This document shows, piece after piece, positions 36,598 to 49,490 of a stretch of 64,000 nucleotides of DNA. The stretch's first letter is position 1. Every line of letters starts with the position of its first letter. The translations under genes and the position numbers were made by a program. The DNA is from Anthoceros angustus. Its lineage: Eukaryota; Plantae; Anthocerotophyta. The notes beneath the pieces were generated by a model. The model was given only the letters and a program-made list of their open reading frames with translations. It ran no database searches and was not told where the DNA came from. The stretch covers positions 1,178,001-1,242,000 of the forward strand of contig MU008162.1 of assembly GCA_010909165.1 (NCBI GenBank). The letters run 5' to 3'.

Positions 36598-37551
36598 ACT
36601 CCGGAGCTTCCCACATTGTTGCTGTTTTCTGATTGCAGGATGGCAGGAGGCTGAGACGGCGGTTGGACTGAAATATCTTTTCCGTTGCGCGTCGCATTCC
36701 CATTTGTTTATTGCTGCCGGGCGGGGAGGGATGTCATCGGAGTTGGATGGCGATGCAGAGATGGTAACTGTAATTGTAATGGTAGCTATGTACTAGAGCA
36801 TCAGTAGGTGACGACGGGTGCTTTCACAGAGCCGGGGCACCAGGACTGCACGGCGGAAGAGGCGTGCATATCTTGACACTGGTCCAGATTGATGAGGGGG
36901 ACACCACCTTTTATTTGATGTGAGGAGCCCGTCCCTTTCCCAGAGGGTGTGTGTGATTATTTGCCCTCCAGCGGGGGTCAGATCACGTTCTTGAGCACTG
37001 TGGCTACAGCCGGGAGGTGACGTGGGGGCCCGGGCGCTTAGGCGGAGGTTGCGAGGGTTTTGACCACTGTGGGAGTCAAAGTTGGGTCTAGGGGTTTGGA
37101 GGTTTTGGAGGCTTGTGCGAGACTAGTGTCTTGGAGTTTGTGGTGGCTTCATGCCAAAGTTGAAGATGCACGATGCCAGGAAGACCATCTGGAGAATGGG
37201 TACAGGAATGAGGAGACGAGTGTCCGAGACCGGCTCCTTCTGTCTCCGAGACCAGGGGAGGGATGGACTTGATTGTCAAAGGGGTTATGGGTTATGTGGT
37301 TAGTACTGCACCTGTTGCCTGATATTAAACTAGCCCGTGAGGGTGTGGTCCAGGATGAGTAGGTGCATGTACAGTGGACGACTGGGACCCAGTTCGTTCT
37401 CAGCTTGCTTGCTTGATTGATGCCTCACGGTAGGTGGGTCCGGCTGGCTCAGATGCACTGGTTTTCCGGGATCCAGCTCTCTTGCCGCCGGGGTGTGGTT
37501 GGCCCGGAGAGCTGTGCAACTTCCCACCTCGATTCTGTGAAGCACCAGCGA

Positions 37552-37638
37552 GATTGTGGTCCATAAAAACACAGATTGTGGTCCATAATAAGACAGATTG
37601 TGGCCCATAGCAACACAGATTGTGGTCCATAGCAACAG
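37552..37638. repeat. 22-bp tandem repeat x4
   Basis: GATTGTGG(T/C)CCATA(N)4ACA-like units placed head to tail. Confidence 0.9.
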
Positions 37639-39532
37639 GGAGCAAGAACAGGAACAGGGCAACGTTGTGTACATCGAAGGAGCTGAAGAACTAAAGAATC
37701 TCTTGCCTGAATGCGTGAAGGATATGCTGTATGACGTATCTTAGTGGAAAATAGCAATGTGCCGGGAAACGAGCAGGTACGGTGGTGGAGATTAATTAGG
37801 TTTTTAATTGGAAAACAGAAAAGAAAGTGTAAAGGACTTTGTGCAGACAAAGGTTCCATTGAGAGCATGGCAAAGAAGCCGAAGACCCATTCAAGATGTA
37901 CCTGTGTACAACAAGCAGGGCCAGGTGGGCAGATGGTGAGTCTTTCTCCACAGGGTTGTAGGTTATAGAACCGACCGGGTCGTTTAGTATAGGACAACAA
38001 TCGCCTTTTTTTAATCTTAGTGGAAGACAAGATCAATCATGCTATAGTTGCGGTAGGCTGTTGCTATGTACATAGCTGTCCCAGGAGGAAGCATCGATGG
38101 CTTCGTTCCTGGCGTACCTGTTTTACCGCTGATAAGCTGGGATGATTGGAGTGGTAGCCGTTGGACGAGTTATATTTGGACATGTCGTGTGAAAGACCCG
38201 TAGCTGCTCGCGTGAGGCATGGGCCAGAGAATTCCAGCAGAAACTCAAGGCGAAGTGTCCTGTGCAGTGCCCATCGCTCTGAGGTAGGCTAGAGCAGTGG
38301 ACTGCACTGTCCTTGCCCTAAATTTTGCTTGCAACTGATGACGCGACTGTGCAAGGACGGCCTGCAGGCGCAAGCCACACAATTGGCTAAATACGCTCTT
38401 GCTTGTCGGGACCTGGCTACAATTGCAAGACATGAGATGAATGAACATGGTGAGTGATGACTTGACAGGACTGTAGCCTTGCTTCATCCTTCAAACTTGT
38501 GAAACACTTGCTCCGAAGGCTGCGGTTCTGGAGTGTCCCCAATTGTCCATATACAATCTTGGAGTAAACTCTACAGGTGCCTTCTGGCAGAAAGCAAAGA
38601 ATTACGTCGGAAATAAGGCTGGTACTCTAGTCGCCGTACCTTCCTCTGTGCCTCGGGAGTGCTGTGTTTGAGACGGTGCTTCCGTTAAGTTTTTTAGCAT
38701 ATGTAGCTCGTGTTCGTATTTTGCTCGTTGTTGACATTGCACTTGTGGGTTTCGCACACATTCTTGGACTTTCAAGTCTTTGATGCAAAGACGTTCCATA
38801 TCCTCAAAATGAAACATGATGCCCTCAAGAGGACTGCGTTTCTCTCAAAAGGGAACTAATCGCAAAGGGGTCAGCGACTCAATTGCTGAGCCAGCTCAAT
38901 TTGTCAGTTGTATTTTCGGAACAGAGGGTGAGATCATGTTCGCCCAACTATATTTCACCACACAGTCAATGAAGTGATCGCCCGGGTTGATTCCACGTCT
39001 TGCGGTCCCCTACTCTCCCAACTTCACATCCGTGGACAAGCATGCCTTCCAGACTCAAAGCTACTTTCTGTGAGTAGAGAGAGCCTGAACCACCTGAATT
39101 TGCCGAGACAATCCACGGCGATCCCAACTTGCTGCATGTCAATAGCTTCTTCGTGCCGTCCACTTGAGTTCAAAGCAACAGGCGCTTTGAACTGGGCACA
39201 GCTTCCCACCCCGTGGTTCCAGGGTCTACATAGCACATTCTGAAAACGCATTGAACAAATTGTCAGCAACGTCCAACACTGATATACAAACTTACAGCTG
39301 CTAAACATGGCCACCTCAGCTACATCATCAAGAACGGCTGGAAGGCCCGAACCTGTTCAGAGAATGTGAAACAGGGCTGAGCACTTTTCCGTGCCCACAA
39401 ATGCTTGACAGGTCTGCCAGCACGTGAATTCAGCATGCCGGGCATTAAGGTTATGGCACCAATCCCTGGAATGGAGGGATGGAAGTGCCGACACCATACA
39501 GGTACATACGCCTGAGCTGTTCACCTTAGGTG

Positions 39533-42500
39533 TCAGCTGTCAGGTGAACCCATGGCATCACCAGGTCCTGGGCTCAGGTTGCCAGAGCCCTTGCTTCCAG
39601 CGAGTTGCAAAATTGCACGTCGTATCTCTCGAACACCATTTTCTTCACCATTGCTCCGTCCATTCTCCAAATCCTTAAGGGAATTCAAAAGACCAAGAAC
39701 CACAGAGCTATGGTATCTCCCAGCTACAGCATCTTCCTCGGAGTCATCAGACTTCTTCGGCCTGTCTTTCAGGGCCAGGCTCCCAGAATTCAAGGAACGC
39801 AAGCAGGATCTCAAAAGTTTATAGTGTGAAGATATCCAGTTTGTGAGCACTACTGCAGCAAACTTCCCAAAGGCATGAGGCAACGACAGCACAGTATTCA
39901 CAAGAAGCGGGGTAGGTGGCTGCCCCCTCAGGAGACACATAAGGCCACCAATGGCCTGAGCATTGACAGATGGCTGTACACAAACAACGCAGGTCCTCAG
40001 CACCTGCAAAGTCATTCTTGGCTGGGCTGCAAGTGCTTCGGCAGCAAGCAGCCGCCAAAAAAATTGCTGCTCCATAAACTCCCACTTCAGGGACTTTCTG
40101 ATCAGCCTATCCAAACCCTCAGCCAGTCCCAGGATCTGAAATTCCCCGAGACTCAGCCTTAACTCAAAGTTGCACAGCTCCAAAGGATCCAAAACCGCAA
40201 CTAGCTCCTCCACTAACTCATCCTTTCCTGTTGCCAAATGCGGCAAGTACCGGAAAACTGATGGAAGTACCCGCAAGTACCTGTACATATTCCAAACGAG
40301 GCAGGTCTGTAGATCACTCAGGAGGCCCACACTGGAATCAGTAACTTGAGCCTCTGACCTCGCTGCTACGCCCGATCTGTGGTTCTGCAATCCCTGGCTA
40401 GAAGCTGTCAGGGCCTCATTCTGGGTAGAGGATAAGTCCTTCATGCTGTGACGCACAAATTCCTCATATGCACTGAAAGCGTCTGCTACAGCTGTCCGAC
40501 AGCGCATGTGCATTTCAGTAGCTTGCAAATCCCTAGAAACAGTTTTTCTATTTGCACTCTCCACCTGCACCTGACCTGGTAATTGATTAGACACAGCCTT
40601 CTGTCTCCGCGAATCTGGATTGCTCTCTGTTAGCTCTCCCTCTTCATCCCCATCCTCTCCTGTGCTGCTCGTGTCCACTGAATCATCATTGATTCTCATG
40701 GGCTTGGAGTTATCTGCATCTTGCAGGTGACTGAAGCCCAAGCTTGCAGATGCTGATTGCTCAAGTTCCTCTGCAAGCCGTGATACATAGCACAGTAGAC
40801 GAGCACCAACAGAATGGCCCTCACGATGCCAAAACACAAGAAGATTCCTCACTTGGGGATGCCGGTTTGCCACATACAGCCTAAGCAACGTTGAAGTGAG
40901 AGAATTTGTCTCATCCGTCTCCAAATTATTTGAAGGGACCTTTTTAAGAGGTCCAAATATATCATAACCACCCTTCTTCAGAATTTCAGTAACCTCATGT
41001 GCAAACTTCGCCAAGTTACCAAGAGCAGAGTCCAGAATGTGATTCACTGGGCTTGGAGACCCATCATTACCTGTGACATTATCATTGATGTTTTGCCCTG
41101 CAAACCTTCCTGTCACAAGTTGGTCTGAAGCAGATGTAAAAGACAAGACAAGCTTCTCCAATGCACTTACTGCCACCTCATTTGAAATGTCCAGAGCATC
41201 TGTAAGTTTCTTGAAGTTCAGTGGCATTTCCGCCCAAAGGCCTTCCGAATCAGGTGGTCGCTTTCGCTTGCGGCTAGCTGCTTCAGCAACTCCATAATCA
41301 TTCGGCTTAACATCTTCCATTCTCATTGCTTCAGCATCTGTGAGTTCTCCAGTTCGAACAACTCCACTCTGGGCTTGTGATCCTCTGCTTCCACTTACTA
41401 TCTGCACAGAGGGCAATGCATTGCTCACTGGCACATGCTCTGGCCTCAAGTCTGTTCTGATAGGCTCGACCTTGCAATATGCTGGAAAGTAGAACATCAA
41501 CTTGTCGCGCAAAGGAGAAGCCACAGAACTGCAGGCTGTTAACAACGGCTCTAAGGACCTCACTACACCTTTTTCAACTAAGATGCCAATGGAACTAGTT
41601 ACTCCTTGTTGGATAAGAGCCTTCCGAGGAGGATCATAATTCTCAATCAAAAGGAACAAAAAGTCCAACAGAGAATGTGTCATATCAACATACTTGGGTA
41701 TAGAGTGTGTCATGAGTAGAATAGCAGGCTCTATATTCATGATGTTGTCATGTCTCTTCCCAAAGAACAACCAATCATAGAACAACGCGAACCTTGCATT
41801 GGCTTCAAGATGGTTGTTCTTGCAGCATTTCAATAACCAGCCTATGATTGCCCATCTCGGCACAATGTCGGACTGAAGTATTTGATTAGAAGGATGAATC
41901 ACAGCGCATATGAACCTAATAAGATCACACACAAGGGTCTCACTTTCTGGACTTGACAGATACTTGTGGGCAAACCAGGTCTGATATCTACGCTGGTACC
42001 CCATCTTCACACTGTTGAGCATAAAACGGATTTGCGTCTCCATCTCCGGAGTTATGCGTGAGGTGATATATCGAGTAGGGGTGCGAATTTCATAGAGCTT
42101 AGAGATGTCCTCAAGTCCAAAAACGGAAGGGTTTGAGAGCAAATCCCTCCACAAGGGCTCAAACTCAGGAATAAGAGCCACATCTTGCAGAAGCCTCACC
42201 AGATCCCGACCAATAAGTTTGCAATCTTGAAAACGTTCTCGCAGAATCTGGATGCAGAACGCTGTCTCTTTCTGCTTAAGCTCACTTGCTGCGGCGCTTT
42301 TGGCCATGGCATGATCTGGTAATAGGCGCAAGTAGGTATACACCGCAGTGGTCAGCAAAACTATACTTGAGTTGAACCACAACCAGTTGCTACGCATAAT
42401 GTCCAGCAGATCCCTTGCGAGTGCAAGGTTCCGCTCTCTCAAATCCCCACCGGCAACTTGCCGGAGAAGACAAAGGCAGAGGGAATCAACATCAGCGGCA

Positions 42501-42847
42501 GAGAAAGATATGAGCTGGCGGAGGAGCCAGGTTATTTGACTTCGCGGCTGATCCAAAAGCTTCGGATAGGATTCGTTTACCAGTCGACTCAAAGTGGACA
42601 CAACCGATGCATATCCATCATGTGTAATGGCTGTCAGCTGAGCAGCATAAGAGACAGCGGAGGCCGGGTGGGTGAGGATGGCATAGAGAAGGGCCTGAGG
42701 AAGATTCGCATGCTGAGCAGGAGATTGGCTAGAGAGGTGATAAGGCGGAGTAAGCATAGGCTGTAAGCCAGTGAAAGCTTGCAGAAGGGAATTCTCGAGT
42801 TCATCTACAGCTTCCAACTGTCCCCTGATCATCAATTTTGATGCCAT
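39533..42847 (-). CDS. INTS3: Integrator complex subunit 3 (plant DSP2-type), single-exon CDS of 1104 aa
   Basis: N-terminal domain VYTYLRLL, FCIQILRERFQDCKLIGRDLVRLLQDVA, RYQTWF, SQ..VPRWAIIGWLL, ALFYDWLFF and MNIEPAILL. The C-terminal region resembles the metazoan INTS3 CTD (SLKWEFMEQQFFWRLL). The first ATG is at 42847; the ORF track uses an upstream alternative start. Confidence 0.93.
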   Translation of the reverse strand: MASKLMIRGQLEAVDELENSLLQAFTGLQPMLTPPYHLSSQSPAQHANLPQALLYAILTHPASAVSYAAQLTAITHDGYASVVSTLSRLVNESYPKLLDQPRSQITWLLRQLISFSAADVDSLCLCLLRQVAGGDLRERNLALARDLLDIMRSNWLWFNSSIVLLTTAVYTYLRLLPDHAMAKSAAASELKQKETAFCIQILRERFQDCKLIGRDLVRLLQDVALIPEFEPLWRDLLSNPSVFGLEDISKLYEIRTPTRYITSRITPEMETQIRFMLNSVKMGYQRRYQTWFAHKYLSSPESETLVCDLIRFICAVIHPSNQILQSDIVPRWAIIGWLLKCCKNNHLEANARFALFYDWLFFGKRHDNIMNIEPAILLMTHSIPKYVDMTHSLLDFLFLLIENYDPPRKALIQQGVTSSIGILVEKGVVRSLEPLLTACSSVASPLRDKLMFYFPAYCKVEPIRTDLRPEHVPVSNALPSVQIVSGSRGSQAQSGVVRTGELTDAEAMRMEDVKPNDYGVAEAASRKRKRPPDSEGLWAEMPLNFKKLTDALDISNEVAVSALEKLVLSFTSASDQLVTGRFAGQNINDNVTGNDGSPSPVNHILDSALGNLAKFAHEVTEILKKGGYDIFGPLKKVPSNNLETDETNSLTSTLLRLYVANRHPQVRNLLVFWHREGHSVGARLLCYVSRLAEELEQSASASLGFSHLQDADNSKPMRINDDSVDTSSTGEDGDEEGELTESNPDSRRQKAVSNQLPGQVQVESANRKTVSRDLQATEMHMRCRTAVADAFSAYEEFVRHSMKDLSSTQNEALTASSQGLQNHRSGVAARSEAQVTDSSVGLLSDLQTCLVWNMYRYLRVLPSVFRYLPHLATGKDELVEELVAVLDPLELCNFELRLSLGEFQILGLAEGLDRLIRKSLKWEFMEQQFFWRLLAAEALAAQPRMTLQVLRTCVVCVQPSVNAQAIGGLMCLLRGQPPTPLLVNTVLSLPHAFGKFAAVVLTNWISSHYKLLRSCLRSLNSGSLALKDRPKKSDDSEEDAVAGRYHSSVVLGLLNSLKDLENGRSNGEENGVREIRRAILQLAGSKGSGNLSPGPGDAMGSPDS

Positions 42848-43702
42848 TGCCTCCCGCTGCACGTGGTCATCTCCTGTCTGCCCTAAATCCTTGCCATCCG
42901 TCCCAACCGGCAATCGGGCCTGCTCACTCCATACTCAGCGACCATGTCGTTGCCTGACATGTCAAGCTGTTCCATACCATTATAAAAAGGGCATTGCATA
43001 GAATCTCAAGTCCGTAAACCTACAACTCCTCCTCCTCCAAGCAGCTCCTGCACGAAACAGTCCGGATTCCATCACGATTTAATACTCTCATCAGAGAAGC
43101 TGTATGATGCCACAGAATCAGAAGGCATCGATTACGGAAGAGACCGTTCAGCTATGTGTCCCTCTGGCCCTGCACGGGACAGCAACACCTACAAAAATAG
43201 CCGGGACACAAAAGAAGCTCCCAGCACCTGCACCGAGCCTCAACTGGCATCCTGGGCAGCCGCAGACTGGGCCGCATAAAAGTCCCGGATGTAACCGCTA
43301 ATTGAAAAAAATGTGGGACCAGCTACCCCCAATTGAGCTCTACCAAACCCTCTATATCGTCCTGGGCTTCCAACAAACGTCGATCGGAGGCCGAAAATGC
43401 ACCTCCCATTTCACATCGTTACTGACGTCGGAAAAACCAGTCAATCGAAAACACAGTCTCCGCACCTGCAACGACGCTGCAGCAGAGACAAGCCCAGCCC
43501 CAGACATCTTCCTCTTTCTGTGTAAGACCGCATCCTCGTCCACAAGGCATGGTTTTGACATGCCACCATCAGGCACCCGGAATTCCATGCCTTGGAAATA
43601 TCTACTCCAGGTTAGAAGCAACCCTAATGCTCTGAGCAGAGCATCATGGTAGTGTTCTGTAGCGTTCAGAAAGGCCTACTTGAAGCTTCTTGGACGAGCT
43701 TC

Positions 43703-43716
43703 AGGGTTTAGGGTTT
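43703..43716. promoter_or_regulatory. Telo-box (AAACCCTA) upstream of INTS3
   Basis: AGGGTTTAGGGTTT lies about 0.85 kb upstream of the ATG. Function is inferred from plant telo-box promoters. Confidence 0.4.
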
Positions 43717-44964
43717 CCGTGGTACGTTGCAACTGACCGCCATATGAGCTTGATGGTGGGACCGTAAATTCAATACTTACTGTACCTATATATTTATGTA
43801 TGAAGGTACGACGTACATATCCCTACCTATTCTATAACACACCTAGTTTACTTCAATCCAATGCTGTAATGCCCGAGAGGATTTATATCGACTTATCTAT
43901 ACTTCATCATATATTTTAACTGAATCTATATACCTTGTTATATAAATGTATTAATAATATAAAAGTAATAATTTATAATTTATTTATCTTATCTAATATA
44001 TTATTAGAGATCAAAATTACATTTGAGTTTGGTTCATAGGTTCCGCTTGAGTTTTGTAAAGCTACCGACCTCTTCTCTTCTTAACATGTGATAGTGGCAA
44101 AGTGTCGGAGTTTGGTGGTGCATGGGTTGGATGAAGATGGAGGTCAAATGAGGAGGACCACGATGAGTGGACCACGTTTTTCGTAGGTAGGAAGAATTTG
44201 TAACAGAAGGCAATGGCTATGAACCGTTGCATGAAGTTGTTCAACCTAAGTCGAGTCTGAGATGGGCAAGGAAGGCCAACCCAAGCAAGGTCCACGGAAT
44301 AGTCATGGTGGCTATCAAGGGAGCAAATGCAAGGTTGAGTGAGAAGAGTGTTCATTTGGAGTTTAGATGTGAAGACGAGATCACAACTTAAAGGCCACTC
44401 ACAACCAGTTTGCTTGTGGTGCGAGTTTGACATGTATTGTAATAGCTGACAAAATTAAGTAAATTATGATAAAAGATAAAAGTAAAAATAAAAGTAATTT
44501 ATATATAGTAAAAATAATTGTGGATAATTTATAAGGGTAAAAACAGCGGATATGCCCAACCCTTCGTAACATAAAAGGGTAATAACAGGAAGCAGTAATT
44601 ATGTCTAGATTAGAAGTAGTGATGGTGAACCACCGACAAACCCGGTGTATAAATTTCCATGCTTGAATGTGAACGGATAGGTCGTTTTGGCTTAGCGTGT
44701 TATAAATTGGCATCAGAGCCTAGTCGGTAGTATTAGTCAGCCGAGTTGTGTAATCTAAAAGGTGATTGCAAATGTACCAGGTCTAGATCTGGCTAGGAGT
44801 GGACAAAGGCACATTCCACACCTTTCATATCACTCGCTCCGGCCCAGGGAGTGCTACATGTGGCCAAATGTTGAATTGGGCTTGAGTGGCAATGTGAACG
44901 TGTTGAGTTCTCCATGGGGTAATCTATTTACGAAACGGTGTCAGCTGTGGGGAGGAATTCACAT

Positions 44965-47900
44965 CTTCACGCCATGGCGACCGCTAGAAGTGGAGAGGAG
45001 TTTGTGCCTTGGTGCGTTCAATGTGGCAGTACCCTAACCACATCATGAGGCCTCAGTCGCTGCCCAGGCCCCGGTGGACCCTTCGCAACACGTTTGGTTG
45101 GTTATTTGGAGGACACCAAGAGAGTTGTTCCCCCTACCCGTGAAAATATGTTTTCTGTCTTGTTATTGCTGCTTGAAGACGAAAGTCATTGGCTACTGTG
45201 GGTAGGTGTGGTGGTGGAGGTATTGAGAAATCGTAAGCCATATGCTAATGAATGGTGGAACGTTGTACAAGTGTGGGTATGGAAACTTGTCCTAAAACTG
45301 GAGAAAACATTGGGCTTGTTAAAGTAATAGCAAGCTACGCACTAGTTAGGGCACGCTTCAGTAGAAGCTACCAAAAGACACTTAATGAATGGTTACGCCC
45401 AAGAAATGTTTCACTAGCACTAGCTTAAGAACGATTTGCTTGCACGCACGTTGTATTCTCTGATCTATCAAGCAATACGGCTTAATCACCAATCAATTCC
45501 CAGATTGTTTTTATGGTATCAGAGCCAGGCACAGCACAAGCCCACATCAAGCTCCTAGAGGCGACAGCGCCTATTAACAAGAGCATACAACGTCAACCAA
45601 CAATTGGAATTGAAAATGAACGCAGAAAAACGCCTATCTTAAAAAGGCGAGCAAAACCCATGCGGCTCATACAGCAAGATCCACATAATCAACAATGATA
45701 AAGGAGTTCACATCAATATTTAACGTTCCTTCACCTATCTCTCCCCAACATATCAAAGATAAGGTCCCCGGCCACTTAGACAAAATCTGTAGGCAACATA
45801 ACCTGTTCAGAAAACCTCCATCAATAGAAATCGAGACTCTACAAAACTCCATAATTCAGAAACTCACTCTCTTTGAACACACACATCAAAATCTTGACAC
45901 CACAAGTAGGATATACAGAGTGTTAATCACGATGCATCTTGATACAACCTGCCTCCTAAGACACACTGCCATCTGCCTTTAGACACCGAACCAGTCTAAA
46001 ATGTCCTCACCCGAGATATGCCTCTCCAAGGAAGATCGTTTGATGGTCAACAACACAACTTCCACACCTGGAAGTTTAGAATTACAAGTATACTGAAGGA
46101 AAGGAAACTATGGGACTACGTTTATGGAACAGGCTCTTCACTGACCCCTATACCTCGTCCAACAGGCGCCGGGACCACATTTGCACAAATAGAGGAATAG
46201 GAAGAGAAGAATCAGCATGCCCAGAACGTTATCATGCAAGGCATGAGGTTAGGAAATGTGCAGCAGCGAGAGCGAACAAACACCGCAGCTCAAGCATGGA
46301 GACAGCTCCATGACATATATGCCACATCTGACATCATGCACACTGTGCATACCAATAAAAATATTTTGCACTAAGGATGTCAAAAGGAGACCAGGTAGAC
46401 GCACATACCATGCTCGTCAGGTGTTGGACTGCTAAATTTCAAGCAATTGGCTTCACCATGACCGAAGATCTTTCAGCCGCCATATTACTTACCACATTAC
46501 CCGAATCCTGGATCTCCGTGGTGCAATCCCTACAAGGAGTCACACCACTTTAAGTAAACAGGTTATCAGTGCAATGTTAATGGAGGAAGGAAGAAGAAAG
46601 GTTTTTGCCACTTCCTTCGGCGGTGAATCCTCCAATGCCGCATATTTCACCAGAAGAGGAAGATCCCGGGGCCGAGGCAAACCTACTTTCAGAGGACAGA
46701 CCCCTAGAGGCAGAGGATTTTATCCAAGAGGCAGGGGCAGCCCTCATCCTACATGGAGAAAAATATGCAACTATTGTAAGATACCGGGTCATAGCTATGA
46801 AGAAAGGCCCAAGAGAATGGCAGATAATAATTACAAAAACAGACCAGACCCGTCAGGACGGTTAGCATTAACTATGAAACAACACTCAAAGGCATTCCTA
46901 TGCCTCCAGGATATTAAACTAGACTCACCTTCATCAGCACTTGTTGCCTCCTGCTTAACAGCTCAAAGCCGGTACTCCTAGTATATTGACTTAGGGGTGT
47001 TACAACATATGACTCCACACAGGGAGTATTTCAAAGACTTCAAACCATCCAAGCCGCCTCAATTTGTCAGCCTAGGTGACAATGCAAGACATACAATAAA
47101 AGGCCAGGGATCAGTGGATCTCCAGCTAAGACCAGGAAGCACACTCCAGATCTCAGACGTATTACACGTTCAGACTAACAAAACCTACTTTATTCGCAGA
47201 CGAGCAGTCCGAGTGTTACGTCTGCTTTGGGGAGGTCATCGCATCGTGGAGACACCCCAAGGGAGCTTCACGCCATGGCGACCGCTAGAAGTGGAGAGGA
47301 GTTTGTGCCTGCGTTCAATGGCGTTACCTAACCACATCATGAGGCCTCGCCGCCTGTGCCCGACCCTTCAACACGCTTTGGTTGGTTATTTGGAGGACAC
47401 CAAGAGAGTTGTTCCCCTACCCGTGAAAATATGTTTTCTCTTGTTATTCCGCTTGAAGACGAAAGTCACACATGTGGGTAGGTGTGGTGGTGGAGGTATT
47501 GAGAAATCAAAGCCATATGCTAATGAATGGTGGAGCGTTGTACAAGTGTGGGTATGGAAACTTGTCCTAAAACTGGAGAAAACATTGGGCTTGTTAAAGT
47601 AATAGCAAGCTACGCACTAGTTAGGGCACGCTTCAGTAGAAGCTACCAAAAGACACTTAATGAATGGTTACGCCCAAGAAATGTTTCACTAGCACTAGCT
47701 TAAGAACGATTTGCTTGCACGCACGTTGTATTCTCTGATCTATCAAGCAATACGGCTTAATCACCAATCAATTCCCAGATTGTTTTTATGGTATCAGAGC
47801 CAGGCACAGCACAAGCCCACATCAAGCTCCTAGAGGCGCTACTTTAACAAGAGCATACAACGCGTCAACCAACAATTGGAATTGAAAATGAACGCAAAAC

Positions 47901-49490
47901 GCCTATCTTAAAAGGCGAGCAAAACCCATGCGGCTCATACAAAGAAGATCCACATAATCAACAATGATAAAGGAGTTCACATCAATATTTAACGCGTTCC
48001 TTCACCTATCTCTCCCAACATATCAAAGATAAGGTCCCGCCACTTAGACAAAATCAGCAACATAACCTCGCTCGAAAACCTCCATCAATAGAAATCGAGA
48101 CTCTACAAAACTCCATAATTCGAAACTCACTCTCTTTGAACACACACATCAAAATCTTGACACCACAAGTAGGATATACAGTGTTAATCACGATGCATCT
48201 TGATACAACTCGCCTCCTAAGACACACTTGCCATCCGCCTTTAGACACCGAACCGTCTAAAATGTCCTCACCCGAGATATGCCTCTCCAAGGAAGATCGT
48301 TTGATGGTCAACAACACAACTTCCACACCTGGAAGTTTAGAATTACAAGTATACTGAAGGAAAGGAAACTATGGGACTACGTTTATGGAACAGGCTCTTC
48401 ACTGACCCCTATACCTCGTCCAACAGGCGCCGGGACCACATTTGCACAAATAGAGGAATAGGAAGAGAAGAATCAGCATGCCCAGAACGTTATCATGCAA
48501 GGCATGAGGTTAGGAAATGTGCAGCGAGAGCGAACAAACACAGCTCAAGCATGGAGACACTCCATGACATATATGCCACATCGACATCATGCACCGCATA
48601 CCAATATTTTGCACTAAGGATGTCAAAGGAGACTGTAGACGCACATACCATGCTCGTCGGTGTTGGATCGCTAAATTTCAAGCAATTGGCTTCACCATGA
48701 CCAAGATCTTTCACCGCCATATTACTTACCACATTACCCGAATCTCGATCTCCGTGGTGCAATCCTACAAGGAGTCACACCACTTTAAGTAACAGTTATC
48801 GCAATGTTAATGGAGGAAGAAGAAAGGTTTTGCCACTTCCGGTGAATCCTCCAATGCCGCATATTTCACCGTAAGAGGAAGATCCCGGCCGAGGCAAACC
48901 TACTTTCGTGAGGATGACCCTCAGAGGCGAGGATTTTATCCAAGAGGCGGGCAGCCTCATCCTACATGGAGAAAAATATGCAACTATTGTAAGATACCGG
49001 GTCATAGCTATGAAGAAAGGCCCAAGAGAATGGCAGATAATAATTACAAAAACAGACCAGACCCGTCAGGACGGTTAGCATTAACTATGAAACAACACTC
49101 AAAGGCATTCCTATGCCTCCAGGATATTAAACTAGACTCACCTTCATCAGCACTTGTTGCCTCTCGCTAATGACTCAAAAGCCGGTACTCTAGTATATTG
49201 ACTTAGGGGTGTTACAACATATGACTCCACACAGGGAGTATTTCAAAGACTTCAAACCATCCAAGCCGCCTCAATTTGTCAGCCTAGGTGACAATGCAAG
49301 ACATACAATAAAAGGCCAGGGATCAGTGGATCTCCAGCTAAGACCAGGAAGCACACTCCAGATCTCAGACGTATTACACGTTCCAGGACTAACAAAAAAC
49401 CTACTTTCAGTTCGCAAGATAGACGAGTCTGAGTGTTACGTCTGTTTTGGGGGAGGTCACTGCATCGTGGAGACACCCCAAGGGGAGCTT
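44965..49490. repeat. Tandem duplication of about 2.3 kb (about 44965-47268 and 47266-49490) that creates an extra LTR copy at 47592-47788; probably an assembly artefact
   Basis: The copies are near-identical except for many small deletions, which cluster at the end of copy 1 and through the early part of copy 2. Confidence 0.88.

Noticed and set aside
37552-37638. 22-bp repeats as a CRISPR array
   Set aside because: Contiguous tandem units with no unique spacers, no cas genes, and a eukaryotic context.
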